11,726 nucleotides of DNA, from the NCBI GenBank assembly GCA_050049995.1, contig JASFVE010000063.1, positions 1-11,726 on the forward strand, read 5' to 3'. The notes beneath the pieces are model-generated. The model did not search any database, was not told the origin of the DNA, and worked only from the letters and a program-made list of their open reading frames with translations. The DNA is from Chlamydiota bacterium. GTDB taxonomy: Bacteria > Chlamydiota > Chlamydiia > Chlamydiales > SM23-39. Shown piece after piece: positions 1 to 8,861 of the stretch. Made by a program: the position numbers and the translations under genes. Within the stretch, counting starts at the first letter, position 1. Every line of letters begins with the position of its first letter.

Positions 1-7
1 CGGTATC

Positions 8-2137
8 TTAGCCTATTTTTTCAAGTTTAGCATATTTTGCTACTAAGGAACGAGTGGAAGAAGTAGCTTCAAAATAGACGTCGTATGTTGGTCCATAAGA
101 CGTTTCATAAGTGCTTTGAATGGTTCCAGAACCAAATTGCTTATGAAGTACTCTATCCCCTTTTCTAAGGCCAGATTTTGGTGTTTCTTCTTCAATAAAA
201 GTTCTTTTAGCTTCAAAAGTAACAGGGCTTAAGTTCTCTAAGTATTCGGAGGGGATCTCTTTTAAGAATCGAGAAGGCTGCATAAACTTTGCAGTCCCCC
301 ACAAGTATCTATAATAGGCACCACACAAGTATAAAAACTTTTTAGCACGTGTCATTGCTACATAAAAAAGTCTTCTTTCTTCTTCTAAATCTTCAGGAAA
401 GTCTCTAGAATTCACATGTGGAAAAAGATCTTCTTCGAGTCCAACAATAAATACTAACTCAAATTCTAATCCTTTCCCGTTATGGATTGTCATTAATTTT
501 ATAGTTTCATTTTCTTGAGAGGTTGAAGTGTCTGCTTTTAAGGTAATTTCTTCTAAAAATAAAGAAAGAGAGCCATTGTTTTCTTCTTGACACTCAGCTG
601 CTTTGGCAATTAACTCTTCTAAATTACTTTTTCGGTCTTCAAATGACTCAGGATCATCTTTCAGCAAGTCTAAATAATGAGTCGCGTCAATCACTTCTTT
701 TATTTGTTCATAAACTAAAGAGGTGCTTTTTCGCACTTGATGAATTATTTTTAGATATCTTCTTAGTCCTTCAGTTTGTTTAACATTTAGCTTTATAATG
801 GATGTTTTGCCGTCAATAATTTGCTGACACAAATCCAATATAGCAACCCCATTTTCTTGTGCTGTATGAATGAGCTTAGCAAGGGTTGTCTGACCTATAC
901 CAATTCTTAAAAAGGAGACGGACCTCGAAAATGAAATATAATCGGTATTTGAAGTGACCATTCTCAAAATGGATAAGATATCTTTAATTTCCCTTCTTTG
1001 ATAGAAAGAAATGCCACCAATAATCTTATAAGGAAGTCCTTTTGATAATAAGGCGTCTTCAAAAGGTCTGGATTGGGCATTCGTTCGGTAGAAAATAACA
1101 ACTTCATTTAAAGAAAGCTGATGATTTAAGCAAATTTCTTCAATTTGCTTAATTACAAAGTCAGTTTCCATGCGATCATTTTGCGCTAGAAAAATCTTTA
1201 TTTTTTCACCTTCATCTCGATCACACCAAAGTCGTTTTTCATAGCGCTCGCTGTTGTTGTCAATTACAGCATTAGAGGCATCTAAAATAGTTTTCGTGCT
1301 CCTGTAGTTCTGTTCTAATGTAATAACTTTGCCACCAGGAAAATCTTTTTCAAAATTGAGAATATTTTGATATCTGGCCCCCCTCCATGAATAGATAGAT
1401 TGATCAGGGTCCCCTACTGCAAAGATATTAGAATGCTTATCTGCTAGTATTTTTGTAAGAGTATACTGCGCATAATTAGTGTCTTGATATTCATCGATTA
1501 AAATAAAGAGCCACCTATTTTGATACTCTTTTCTGGCAAATTCACTTTCTTGTAATAACTTTACAGTTAAATATAAAAGATCATCAAAATCAAGGGCGTT
1601 ACTTTCTTTAAGTCTTGCTTGATATAAAGGATAGATTTGAGGGAAAAGAATGTCAGCTTTACTCCCTTTTCTTGTTGCAGGGATTTTATCAGGCGCTATC
1701 AAGTCGTTTTTAGCAGAAGATATGCGGTGCTTAATTCCTTTAAGTAATCCTTTTTCTTCTTTGAATTGAAGGGAGCTAAAACAATTTTTTAATAATTTCA
1801 GGGAATCTTCTTCATCATAAATGGAAAAATCATTGGAATACCCTAAAGCATTAATGGACTCTCGTAAGATTTTTGCTCCTAGACTATGAAAGGTGCTCGT
1901 TAACACATGTACATTTTTCATTTTCTTAATGCGATATCTCATTTCTTCAGCAGCTTTATTTGTGAAGGTAACAGCAACAATATCTGAAGGTAAAACTCCC
2001 AAGTCAATGAGTTTAGCAATCCTGCAAGTAACTACTTTTGTTTTTCCCGAGCCTGCTCCAGCTAAAACAAGCATGGGTCCTTCCACATGCTCTACAGCTT
2101 GTCTTTGTTGGTCATTAAGATTTTGAAAAAGGGACAT
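8..2137 (-). CDS. pcrA: ATP-dependent DNA helicase PcrA/UvrD (superfamily 1A)
   Basis: 709 aa. Walker A AGAGSGKT, VTFTNKAA, Walker B DEYQD, VGDPDQSIY, QNYRS, TIHNGKGLEF, EERRLFYVAMTRAK, and a C-terminal Tudor-like segment GDRVLHKQFGSGTI. Confidence 0.97.
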   Translation of the reverse strand: MSLFQNLNDQQRQAVEHVEGPMLVLAGAGSGKTKVVTCRIAKLIDLGVLPSDIVAVTFTNKAAEEMRYRIKKMKNVHVLTSTFHSLGAKILRESINALGYSNDFSIYDEEDSLKLLKNCFSSLQFKEEKGLLKGIKHRISSAKNDLIAPDKIPATRKGSKADILFPQIYPLYQARLKESNALDFDDLLYLTVKLLQESEFARKEYQNRWLFILIDEYQDTNYAQYTLTKILADKHSNIFAVGDPDQSIYSWRGARYQNILNFEKDFPGGKVITLEQNYRSTKTILDASNAVIDNNSERYEKRLWCDRDEGEKIKIFLAQNDRMETDFVIKQIEEICLNHQLSLNEVVIFYRTNAQSRPFEDALLSKGLPYKIIGGISFYQRREIKDILSILRMVTSNTDYISFSRSVSFLRIGIGQTTLAKLIHTAQENGVAILDLCQQIIDGKTSIIKLNVKQTEGLRRYLKIIHQVRKSTSLVYEQIKEVIDATHYLDLLKDDPESFEDRKSNLEELIAKAAECQEENNGSLSLFLEEITLKADTSTSQENETIKLMTIHNGKGLEFELVFIVGLEEDLFPHVNSRDFPEDLEEERRLFYVAMTRAKKFLYLCGAYYRYLWGTAKFMQPSRFLKEIPSEYLENLSPVTFEAKRTFIEEETPKSGLRKGDRVLHKQFGSGTIQSTYETSYGPTYDVYFEATSSTRSLVAKYAKLEKIG

Positions 2138-2166
2138 AGTTTCTAATTTTACTTAAAATTCAGGCA

Positions 2167-2195
2167 ATCCTAACAAAGTTAAGAACAAAAATAAA
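2167..2195 (-). promoter_or_regulatory. Possible extended -10 promoter for pcrA
   Basis: Minus strand reads TTTATT-N17-TAGGAT with TG one base before the -10 hexamer, ~30 nt upstream of the pcrA ATG. The -35 is weak and the DNA is AT-rich. Confidence 0.3.
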
Positions 2196-2239
2196 GGGAG
2201 CTTTTTGGAAGGTTGCCATTCTCATCTTTCTAGAAGTTG

Positions 2240-5200
2240 TTAAAAAATAGGCTTTCTAAGCTCATTTTCCCTTCCTCCTAAGTAGCCATAGCGATGGTAG
2301 TTAATGCTGGTTGCTACTTCTCTTAAATAGTGAAGAAGCTCAATTCTTCCGTTTGCTAAAACAGGGTCAGATGCTACATGACAAAAAGCATCTGCAGCAG
2401 CCTCTAGTAAAGGGGCTGAAGGAGTCGAAAGCACCCTAACTCTTTTAATTTTACCACTGCTAATTCTTTGCAGAAAAGAATCTTCATCTTCATCTACTAC
2501 AGTTAAAATAGGGATTAGGTCAAGCCAGTTCAAACCATGAGATTTAGTAAGTTTACTATCAAAGCTAATTTCTAAAGGACATTCACAAGTCAATGCACAG
2601 GCTAATGAACGCAAGGCGTCAAATGGATTATCATTTTTAGAAATTCTTAAGACGACTCCTTTTATTGGAACATATTTCAAATAGTTGTCCTGCCCGACTA
2701 TTTTAGTAGCGTCACGGTCATGCCTTAACCTTCGATACCAGTAGGAATAATTAGAAACGCTTGCATACCACATCCCTAACTCTTCTGCGGTTAATTCTAT
2801 ATTTTCTAAAAAGGAGGTAAGGTTGTTTACCCAATTATTTACAGGTTGCTTCTCTTTGGGAATACTTACCTGTTCAATGCTAAGTCCTTCTAAAATAAAA
2901 TCTGGACCACCAGCTTTAATTCCTTTCCCAAAACTACTGTTTTTACAGCCTCCAAAAGGCTGCCTTTGTACAATTGCACCAGTTGTCGTTCTGTTGATAT
3001 AAAGATTCCCCGCTTCAATTTTACTTTTCCAAATATGCTGCTCTCTTAAATCCAAGCTATGAATGCCTGCTGTAAGGCCATAAGGAGTTGCATTGGCAAT
3101 TTCAATCGCATGGTTTAGGTCTTTGGCTTTGACAAGGGCTAAGATAGGTGCAAACAACTCTGTTTGTTGAAGGAAACTGCCCTGTTTTACACCAAGAACA
3201 ATGCCAGGTGAATATAAATTGGGATTATTTTCATCTTGTTTAGGTTCTAAAAGCCAACTTTGGCCATCTTCTAATTTCGTAAGAACTGTTTGCAAGTTTT
3301 TGTTAGGCTTTTCAATTAAAGGGACAACTTTAGAGCTTAATTTAGTGGCAGGGCCTACAGGCAAGCTTTTAGCCGCATTTTTTAACTGGTTCAGAAATTC
3401 AATGTCATCATAGAGCTCTTGTTCTAAAATGGCTACTGATACAGCTGAACATTTTTGTCCCGAATGGCTAAATGCAGAGTGCAATAAATCTTTAATGGCC
3501 AGGTCTTTGTCACAAAGAGCCGTAAGAATCATGCTATTTTTACCGCCCGTTTCTGCTGATAAATTAATAGAAGGTTTTAGTTTTAAAAAGATTTTAGCTG
3601 TTTCTGTAGACCCAGTTAAAAAGACTTTATCAATTCTTTTGTCAGAAACAAGCAAACTTCCTTCAGGATCATCAAGGCAGTTTACAAACTGCAGAGCTTT
3701 TTTAGGAAAACCAGCTTCATGTAACGTCTGAATAATTTTTGATCCTACTAAAACAGCTTGTGGGGCGGGCTTAAAAATAACGCAATTTCCACTTAAAAGA
3801 GCGGCTATTATCCCCCCTACTGGAATAGCAAAAGGGAAATTCCAGGGAGGAGTCACTAAAGCAGTTCCTTTAGGCGAAATAGAAATATCTTTCATCTGAG
3901 CGTAACGCTTTAGTTGCCTATAATAATATTCAATGTTATCGATGCCTTCCGATATTTCAGGGTCAGATTCTAAAAAACTTTTCCCAGTATCTAGCATCAT
4001 AAGCCCCAGTAATTCATCTCGATTATTGCGAAAGATAGCAGCCGCTTTTTTAGCAAGAATACACCTTTCTTCTAGAGATGTTTTACCCCATGTTTTTTCA
4101 AAGTCTTTGGCAATTTCAATTGCTTTATGAATATCTTCTTTTTTAGCTAAGCAGTAAGAATAAAAAATCTCACCTGGATGTGCAGGGTTGAAGCCTGTTC
4201 CTTCTTTATTTTTCAAAAGGTGCTCTTCTCCAATAATAAGAGGGATATCATCTGGCTTGTAGTTTTGAAATCTTTCTAAAATTTTTTCAGCCCATGCTCT
4301 ATTCTCTAGAGATGAAAAATCAGTGTCTGGTTCATTGTCAAACGGACTGAATAATTCAAGCTCTTGTAATGGCTCATTTCTATTTTGATTCCTTCTAGCT
4401 GTATTAGAGACAGAAGATGCCGTTTCACAGCTTTCAAGAAAGGCTGCGCCTTGAGCGTCCCATTCCTCCGATCCTACTTTAAGATGGAAAAGGTGTCTTA
4501 AGAAATTATCTTCTCGAGTATTTTCATCTAAACGTCTGATCAAATAAGAAATGGCGTGAGGTAGGTCATCTTTTTTTGCAACAGGACAATAAAGCAGAAT
4601 TTCTCCTGTAATTTTCTGAACTGCTCTTCGAATATGACTTGCCATCCCTTCTAGCATTTCTATTTCGCAATATGCTTCAACTTGATTTTCTGCTCTAAGA
4701 AGAAGGGCAAAGCTAACATCAAATAAGTTATGAGAGGCAATACCTAAATGAACTGCCCTTACGTTTTCAGGAATAAGTCCATATTGAAGCATTTTTTTAT
4801 AATTTGCATCGACGTCTGCCTTAGAAGTATAAGGAGCCTGATTCCAATTTTTTATAGAGGCCTCTACTTGTTCATTTGCCAAATTAGCTCCCTTGACTAT
4901 TCTAACCTTAATAGGAGCTCCGCCATTTTTAACGCGCTCTTTAGCCCACTCAGTGATTTTTTCTTGAAATAAAAATGATTCAGGAATGTAGGCTTGTAAA
5001 ACGATACCAGCTGATAGCTCATGAAATTCAGGTTCTTCTAAAACTTTTAAAAACACATCAACGGTAAGGTGAAGGTCGTGGTATTCTTCCATGTCTAAAT
5101 TGACAAATTTATACTCTTCTTCACCGTTTTCCATTTTTCTTGGGTGATCCATAGAAGCTCTGAAAAGCTTTCTAAGTTTTTCAGCAATTTTTGTGACAGA

Positions 5201-5854
5201 AAAATCCCATGCTAGAAGGCTAATCTGACTGAAAATAGAGGAAATTTTAATGGAAACATAATCTATTTCATCTTGCTTAAGGTCATCCAGATAGACTTGT
5301 AGCCTTTTTTTAGCTTCCTTTTCGCCTAAGATGGCTTCACCGATGTGATTGATATTTAGCCTAACGCCTTCTTCTTTTCTTTTTTTTATGTGTTCAATGA
5401 GCTTTTCATGTTCCCCTGGTAAGATAACCTCTTGCATTTGCTTTCTTACGATTTTAGTAACAAAGGGAACTAGTAATTTTGTAATTGTGGGAGAAAAAGC
5501 TCTGAACAGTTGGAGGCCTATTCTTTGAAAAAAATTAAGATATTTAGGAATGCCATATAGTTGAAGCAGATGGCTAATGTGATTAGCTATTCTTTTCTTA
5601 CTTTTGGAGCGTAAAATCTCATCAGCAAAGGCAGTGGTAAAAGCCTTTCCCTTACTGTCATTCATCATTTTTGCAAGAAGCTTTTGTTCTTTTTTTTCTT
5701 TTCTTGTTTTGATTCTTTTAGATTCCTTTAGTAACAAGGCTGCAAGGTCAATAGCAATTTTTCCTCTTTCAGATATTTCTTGAGGTTTACCACGAACTGA
5801 ATCTATTATTTGAAAAGCTTCTTTAATGTAGAGGGAATCTGCTTGTTTACTCAT
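2240..5854 (-). CDS. putA: Bifunctional proline dehydrogenase / L-glutamate-gamma-semialdehyde (P5C) dehydrogenase PutA
   Basis: 1204 aa. PRODH motifs YVSIKIS, NLDMEEY, GIVLQAY, RIVKGAN, ASHN, EMLEGMA, YLIRRLDEN. ALDH motifs PPWNFP, FKPA, LTGS, ETGGKN, FSHSGQKCSA (catalytic Cys), ELFAP, QPFGG. No N-terminal ribbon-helix-helix domain is evident. Confidence 0.97.
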   Translation of the reverse strand: MSKQADSLYIKEAFQIIDSVRGKPQEISERGKIAIDLAALLLKESKRIKTRKEKKEQKLLAKMMNDSKGKAFTTAFADEILRSKSKKRIANHISHLLQLYGIPKYLNFFQRIGLQLFRAFSPTITKLLVPFVTKIVRKQMQEVILPGEHEKLIEHIKKRKEEGVRLNINHIGEAILGEKEAKKRLQVYLDDLKQDEIDYVSIKISSIFSQISLLAWDFSVTKIAEKLRKLFRASMDHPRKMENGEEEYKFVNLDMEEYHDLHLTVDVFLKVLEEPEFHELSAGIVLQAYIPESFLFQEKITEWAKERVKNGGAPIKVRIVKGANLANEQVEASIKNWNQAPYTSKADVDANYKKMLQYGLIPENVRAVHLGIASHNLFDVSFALLLRAENQVEAYCEIEMLEGMASHIRRAVQKITGEILLYCPVAKKDDLPHAISYLIRRLDENTREDNFLRHLFHLKVGSEEWDAQGAAFLESCETASSVSNTARRNQNRNEPLQELELFSPFDNEPDTDFSSLENRAWAEKILERFQNYKPDDIPLIIGEEHLLKNKEGTGFNPAHPGEIFYSYCLAKKEDIHKAIEIAKDFEKTWGKTSLEERCILAKKAAAIFRNNRDELLGLMMLDTGKSFLESDPEISEGIDNIEYYYRQLKRYAQMKDISISPKGTALVTPPWNFPFAIPVGGIIAALLSGNCVIFKPAPQAVLVGSKIIQTLHEAGFPKKALQFVNCLDDPEGSLLVSDKRIDKVFLTGSTETAKIFLKLKPSINLSAETGGKNSMILTALCDKDLAIKDLLHSAFSHSGQKCSAVSVAILEQELYDDIEFLNQLKNAAKSLPVGPATKLSSKVVPLIEKPNKNLQTVLTKLEDGQSWLLEPKQDENNPNLYSPGIVLGVKQGSFLQQTELFAPILALVKAKDLNHAIEIANATPYGLTAGIHSLDLREQHIWKSKIEAGNLYINRTTTGAIVQRQPFGGCKNSSFGKGIKAGGPDFILEGLSIEQVSIPKEKQPVNNWVNNLTSFLENIELTAEELGMWYASVSNYSYWYRRLRHDRDATKIVGQDNYLKYVPIKGVVLRISKNDNPFDALRSLACALTCECPLEISFDSKLTKSHGLNWLDLIPILTVVDEDEDSFLQRISSGKIKRVRVLSTPSAPLLEAAADAFCHVASDPVLANGRIELLHYLREVATSINYHRYGYLGGRENELRKPIF

Positions 5855-5882
5855 AATTCACTTCTTTGCTAATTATAAACAT

Positions 5883-7115
5883 ATGACTTTTGTAAAAAAT
5901 TTATTAATCTTTTTTTCTTTATCTATAACTTTTCCAATATTTTCAAATGTTCGCGTTGGATTAGACGTTTTTTTTGATGAAGGGTATGTAAAAAAAATCC
6001 ACGGAAAAAACATTGCCATCATTACTAATCATACTGGGGTTGATGGCCTTTTAAAAACAACTATTGAAAAATTTAAAGATAATCAAGACAAGTACAAGAT
6101 TATTGCTCTATTTTCTCCGGAGCACGGAATCAAGGGGAGTGCTTATGCGTTTGAGTCTGTGGATGACTCCATTGATAAAAATAAAATTCCCATTTACAGC
6201 TTGCATGGTAAAACAAGAAGGCCTACTGATAAAATGTTAACAAACATTGATGTACTGATTTATGACATTCAGTGCATTGGATCAAGGTCTTATACGTATA
6301 TCACAACACTTTTTTATGTAATGGAGGAGGCCTCTAAAAAGAACATCAAGGTAATTATTCTAGATCGTCCCAACCCTCTTGGAGGGGTTATTGTAGATGG
6401 ACCTCTTTTAGATGAAAATCTACGTTCTTTTATTGGCTACATAAATGTACCTTACTGTCATGGTATGACAATAGGAGAGCTGGGAAGATACTTTAATGAG
6501 GAATATAAAATTGGATGTGATCTTGAGGTGATCTCTATGAAAGGGTGGAAAAGAGAAATGTCTTTTGCTGATACAAAACTGCATTGGGTTCCTCCTTCTC
6601 CACACATCCCAGAGCCCGATACTCCCTTTTTCTATCCTTCTACAGGAATTTTAGGGGAGTTGCAGTTGTTGAGTATTGGAATTGGCTATACTCTTCCTTT
6701 TAAAATTATTGGTGCTCCTTGGATAGATTCAGAAAAACTAGCTAGTATGTTAAATATGCAAAAGCTCCCAGGTGTATATTTCATGCCTTTTTCTTTTAAA
6801 CCTTTTTATGGAATGTACAAAGGAAAAGACTGCCATGGAGTAAAAATACAGATTACAGATCCGAAGAAGTATAGGCCAATAGCAGTACAGTTTCTTATTT
6901 TAGGGATTTTAAAATCTCTGTATCCCAAAAAGTTTGCTAAGAGTTTTGAAGGCCTTAATAAAAAACTATTTTCCAAGGCTGTCGGTAGTGCTAAAATTTT
7001 AGAAATTTTAGAAAAAGAAAAGTACGCTGCTTGGAAGATGATTGAATATCAAGCAAAAGAAATCGAAGACTTTAAAAAGAAAAGAAAAAAATATCTTATA
7101 GAAGACTATAACTAA
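5883..7115 (+). CDS. namZ: Secreted DUF1343/YbbC family protein, exo-beta-N-acetylmuramidase NamZ-like (peptidoglycan recycling)
   Basis: 410 aa. N-terminal signal peptide (MTFVKNLLIFFSLSITFPIFS|NVRVGLD). Family motifs ITNHTG, LFSPEHG, YSLHG, YDIQxIGSRSYTY, LDRPNPLGG, HGMTIGEL, WVPPSP, GIGYTLPF, GAPW. Confidence 0.9.
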   Translation: MTFVKNLLIFFSLSITFPIFSNVRVGLDVFFDEGYVKKIHGKNIAIITNHTGVDGLLKTTIEKFKDNQDKYKIIALFSPEHGIKGSAYAFESVDDSIDKNKIPIYSLHGKTRRPTDKMLTNIDVLIYDIQCIGSRSYTYITTLFYVMEEASKKNIKVIILDRPNPLGGVIVDGPLLDENLRSFIGYINVPYCHGMTIGELGRYFNEEYKIGCDLEVISMKGWKREMSFADTKLHWVPPSPHIPEPDTPFFYPSTGILGELQLLSIGIGYTLPFKIIGAPWIDSEKLASMLNMQKLPGVYFMPFSFKPFYGMYKGKDCHGVKIQITDPKKYRPIAVQFLILGILKSLYPKKFAKSFEGLNKKLFSKAVGSAKILEILEKEKYAAWKMIEYQAKEIEDFKKKRKKYLIEDYN

Positions 7116-7188
7116 ACCACCTGCTGATATCAAATAACCTTAAGTGAGGGGAGAAAGGTGTCTTAGGTGATTAGATCTCAGATAACTC

Positions 7189-7214
7189 AATGTGTCTGAG
7201 GCCTCAGACACATT
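7189..7214. repeat. Perfect 26-bp palindrome between convergent namZ and pgp6-like genes (terminator hairpin and/or protein-binding site)
   Basis: AATGTGTCTGAGGCCTCAGACACATT equals its own reverse complement. It overlaps the pgp6 stop codon (7204-7206) and could fold as an 11-bp stem with a GGCC loop. Confidence 0.85.
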
Positions 7215-7956
7215 TAATTATACGCTCAAGAGAAGAGATTAATGATTTGATCCTTCGGACATCATTTACTCCCAAGTCTTGCTTCCTTTTCAAGAGAGTG
7301 GTTACTTCTTTTTCCACTGAGTTGATTATTTTGTTAATTCCAGCTTTTCTTTTCAGGTTATTTTTGCTGGGGAATTTTACTCTGATTAGGTGGATTATGT
7401 CGGAAGACTTACTGCTTGAATGCTTATCTATAATTTCAATTTTTTCATCAAAGGGAGCTTCTCTCTGAGCTAAAATGTAAGCGGCTTGATTAGGGATTTC
7501 CTTAAGCTTAGATTTTAGCTGTTCATTGGGCAATTTCATGTAAAGATCATAATAGGAAAGTATGCTATATCCAGTTGCTATACTTCCAATAGCTACTCTT
7601 AGCCAATCTCTGAAAGTTCTATCCTTATAGTTTTGAAGAAGTTGTTTGGCTTTATGGATTCTTTCACCTAAAAGAATGGTGCTTTGTCTGCCAATTGCTT
7701 TGATTTCTTTTGTTATTTTTTTTAAGCCTATCATGTCAGCTTCAACTTTACCTTCATCGGTAAGCTCAGACTGGTAGTTTTCTACAATTAACTTATCAAT
7801 AGCGTTTGAATCATTTTCAGAAAGTTCTTTTACCTCAAACATCCTATCAAAAACATTAATAGGATTAACTTGTGTTGGTGCTAATCCTTTTTGAGTTGCA
7901 GACTGTTCTTTAGCGCTTCTTAAGAATCCTTTTGCCAAGTCCTTTGTCTTGCTCAT
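7204..7956 (-). CDS. pGP6-D / CT583-like protein (UPF0137, chlamydia-specific partner of ParA)
   Basis: 250 aa. The segment EIKAIGRQSTILLGERIHKAKQLLQNYKDRTFRDWL...YSILSYYDLYMKLP...LKEIPNQAAYILAQRE matches the pattern of the chlamydial pGP6-D/CT583 family. It has an ATGA 4-bp overlap with the upstream parA-like gene and an AGGAGA RBS. Confidence 0.88.
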   Translation of the reverse strand: MSKTKDLAKGFLRSAKEQSATQKGLAPTQVNPINVFDRMFEVKELSENDSNAIDKLIVENYQSELTDEGKVEADMIGLKKITKEIKAIGRQSTILLGERIHKAKQLLQNYKDRTFRDWLRVAIGSIATGYSILSYYDLYMKLPNEQLKSKLKEIPNQAAYILAQREAPFDEKIEIIDKHSSSKSSDIIHLIRVKFPSKNNLKRKAGINKIINSVEKEVTTLLKRKQDLGVNDVRRIKSLISSLERIIKCV

Positions 7957-8762
7957 ACTCTCTCCTTAGATGTTTTTATTAAAGTTTCAAGGATATCTTT
8001 AGACTCCATTCTAGCTATAAAATCATTAGCTAAGTCTTGAAAGTCTTGAGCGGCTCTTGATTTTTCATCGACCTCAAATACTGATTTTCCCTCAAAGATG
8101 GCTCTAGAGACAGATATATCTCTTCGAACTTTTGTATTAAACATACACCCAGGGAAGGCGTCATTAACAGCTTCAACAAAAGCCTCATTGGTGGTTAATC
8201 GGTTGTTCCAGAGAGAAAGCACTACGCCGGCGCAAACAATGTCATGGTGGGCTCCTATTTCGAGTTCATGGAACGATTTGAGTCTGTTTAAAGCAAGTAT
8301 TGAGTATGGCTCAGGTATGGAACATATTATACTAAATTGAGAAGCATAAAACGCAGATCTAGTAAGCCATTGCAGTGATGGGGGAGTGTCAATAAAACAG
8401 TAATCATAGTTAAGATTAGTAAGTTTATCTCTTAATTTTTCATGGGCATATAAGTCAGAAACTAAAGGAACGTGAGTCTCTATGCCGTCCAAGTATGTGT
8501 TAGCTGGAATTATATGCAAATTATCAATGGATGTAGGTTGAATAACCTCTTGGATTTCTTTTTCTTCTTTTAAGACAGGAACCATTGTATCCAAAGAATC
8601 TGGCCCTATGCCGAGGCCTGTGCTTAAATTTGCTTGTGCATCAAAGTCCACTAGTAGAACTTTTCTATTGTGATATTTTGCTAATGCAGAGCCAAGATGC
8701 AATACGGTGGATGTTTTAGCTGTACCGCCCTTAAAGGAACAAAAAACGAATGTCTTCATCAT
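7953..8762 (-). CDS. parA: ParA/MinD family ATPase, CT582/pGP5-D-like
   Basis: Deviant Walker A SFKGGTAKTST, VLLVDFDAQANL, IDTPPSL, VRRDISVSRA. The KGGTAKT variant is that of the chromosomal chlamydial CT582 type. The ORF track start at 8771 is a TTG; the true start is more likely ATG 8762 or 8759 (GAG upstream). Confidence 0.93.
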   Translation of the reverse strand: MMKTFVFCSFKGGTAKTSTVLHLGSALAKYHNRKVLLVDFDAQANLSTGLGIGPDSLDTMVPVLKEEKEIQEVIQPTSIDNLHIIPANTYLDGIETHVPLVSDLYAHEKLRDKLTNLNYDYCFIDTPPSLQWLTRSAFYASQFSIICSIPEPYSILALNRLKSFHELEIGAHHDIVCAGVVLSLWNNRLTTNEAFVEAVNDAFPGCMFNTKVRRDISVSRAIFEGKSVFEVDEKSRAAQDFQDLANDFIARMESKDILETLIKTSKERV

Positions 8763-8861
8763 ATTTCTCAATGGTTGTTATTTGCCATAAACAATAACCT
8801 AACAGGATTAATTTTGTGATGAAAAAACTAAAACATCATAAAAGTGCTTCTTATAATACTC

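Noticed and set aside
1893..2126. 77-aa plus-strand ORF
   Set aside because: Antisense shadow inside pcrA with no recognisable motif.
3201..4972. Four plus-strand ORFs (3201-3413, 3429-3731, 3933-4130, 4748-4972)
   Set aside because: All lie antisense within putA; no motifs or independent support.
6420..6605. 61-aa minus-strand ORF
   Set aside because: Antisense within namZ.
7190..8340. Plus-strand ORFs 7190-7468 and 8098-8340
   Set aside because: Antisense to the pgp6-like and parA genes. The hydrophobicity of the first simply mirrors Lys/Glu-rich codons on the coding strand.
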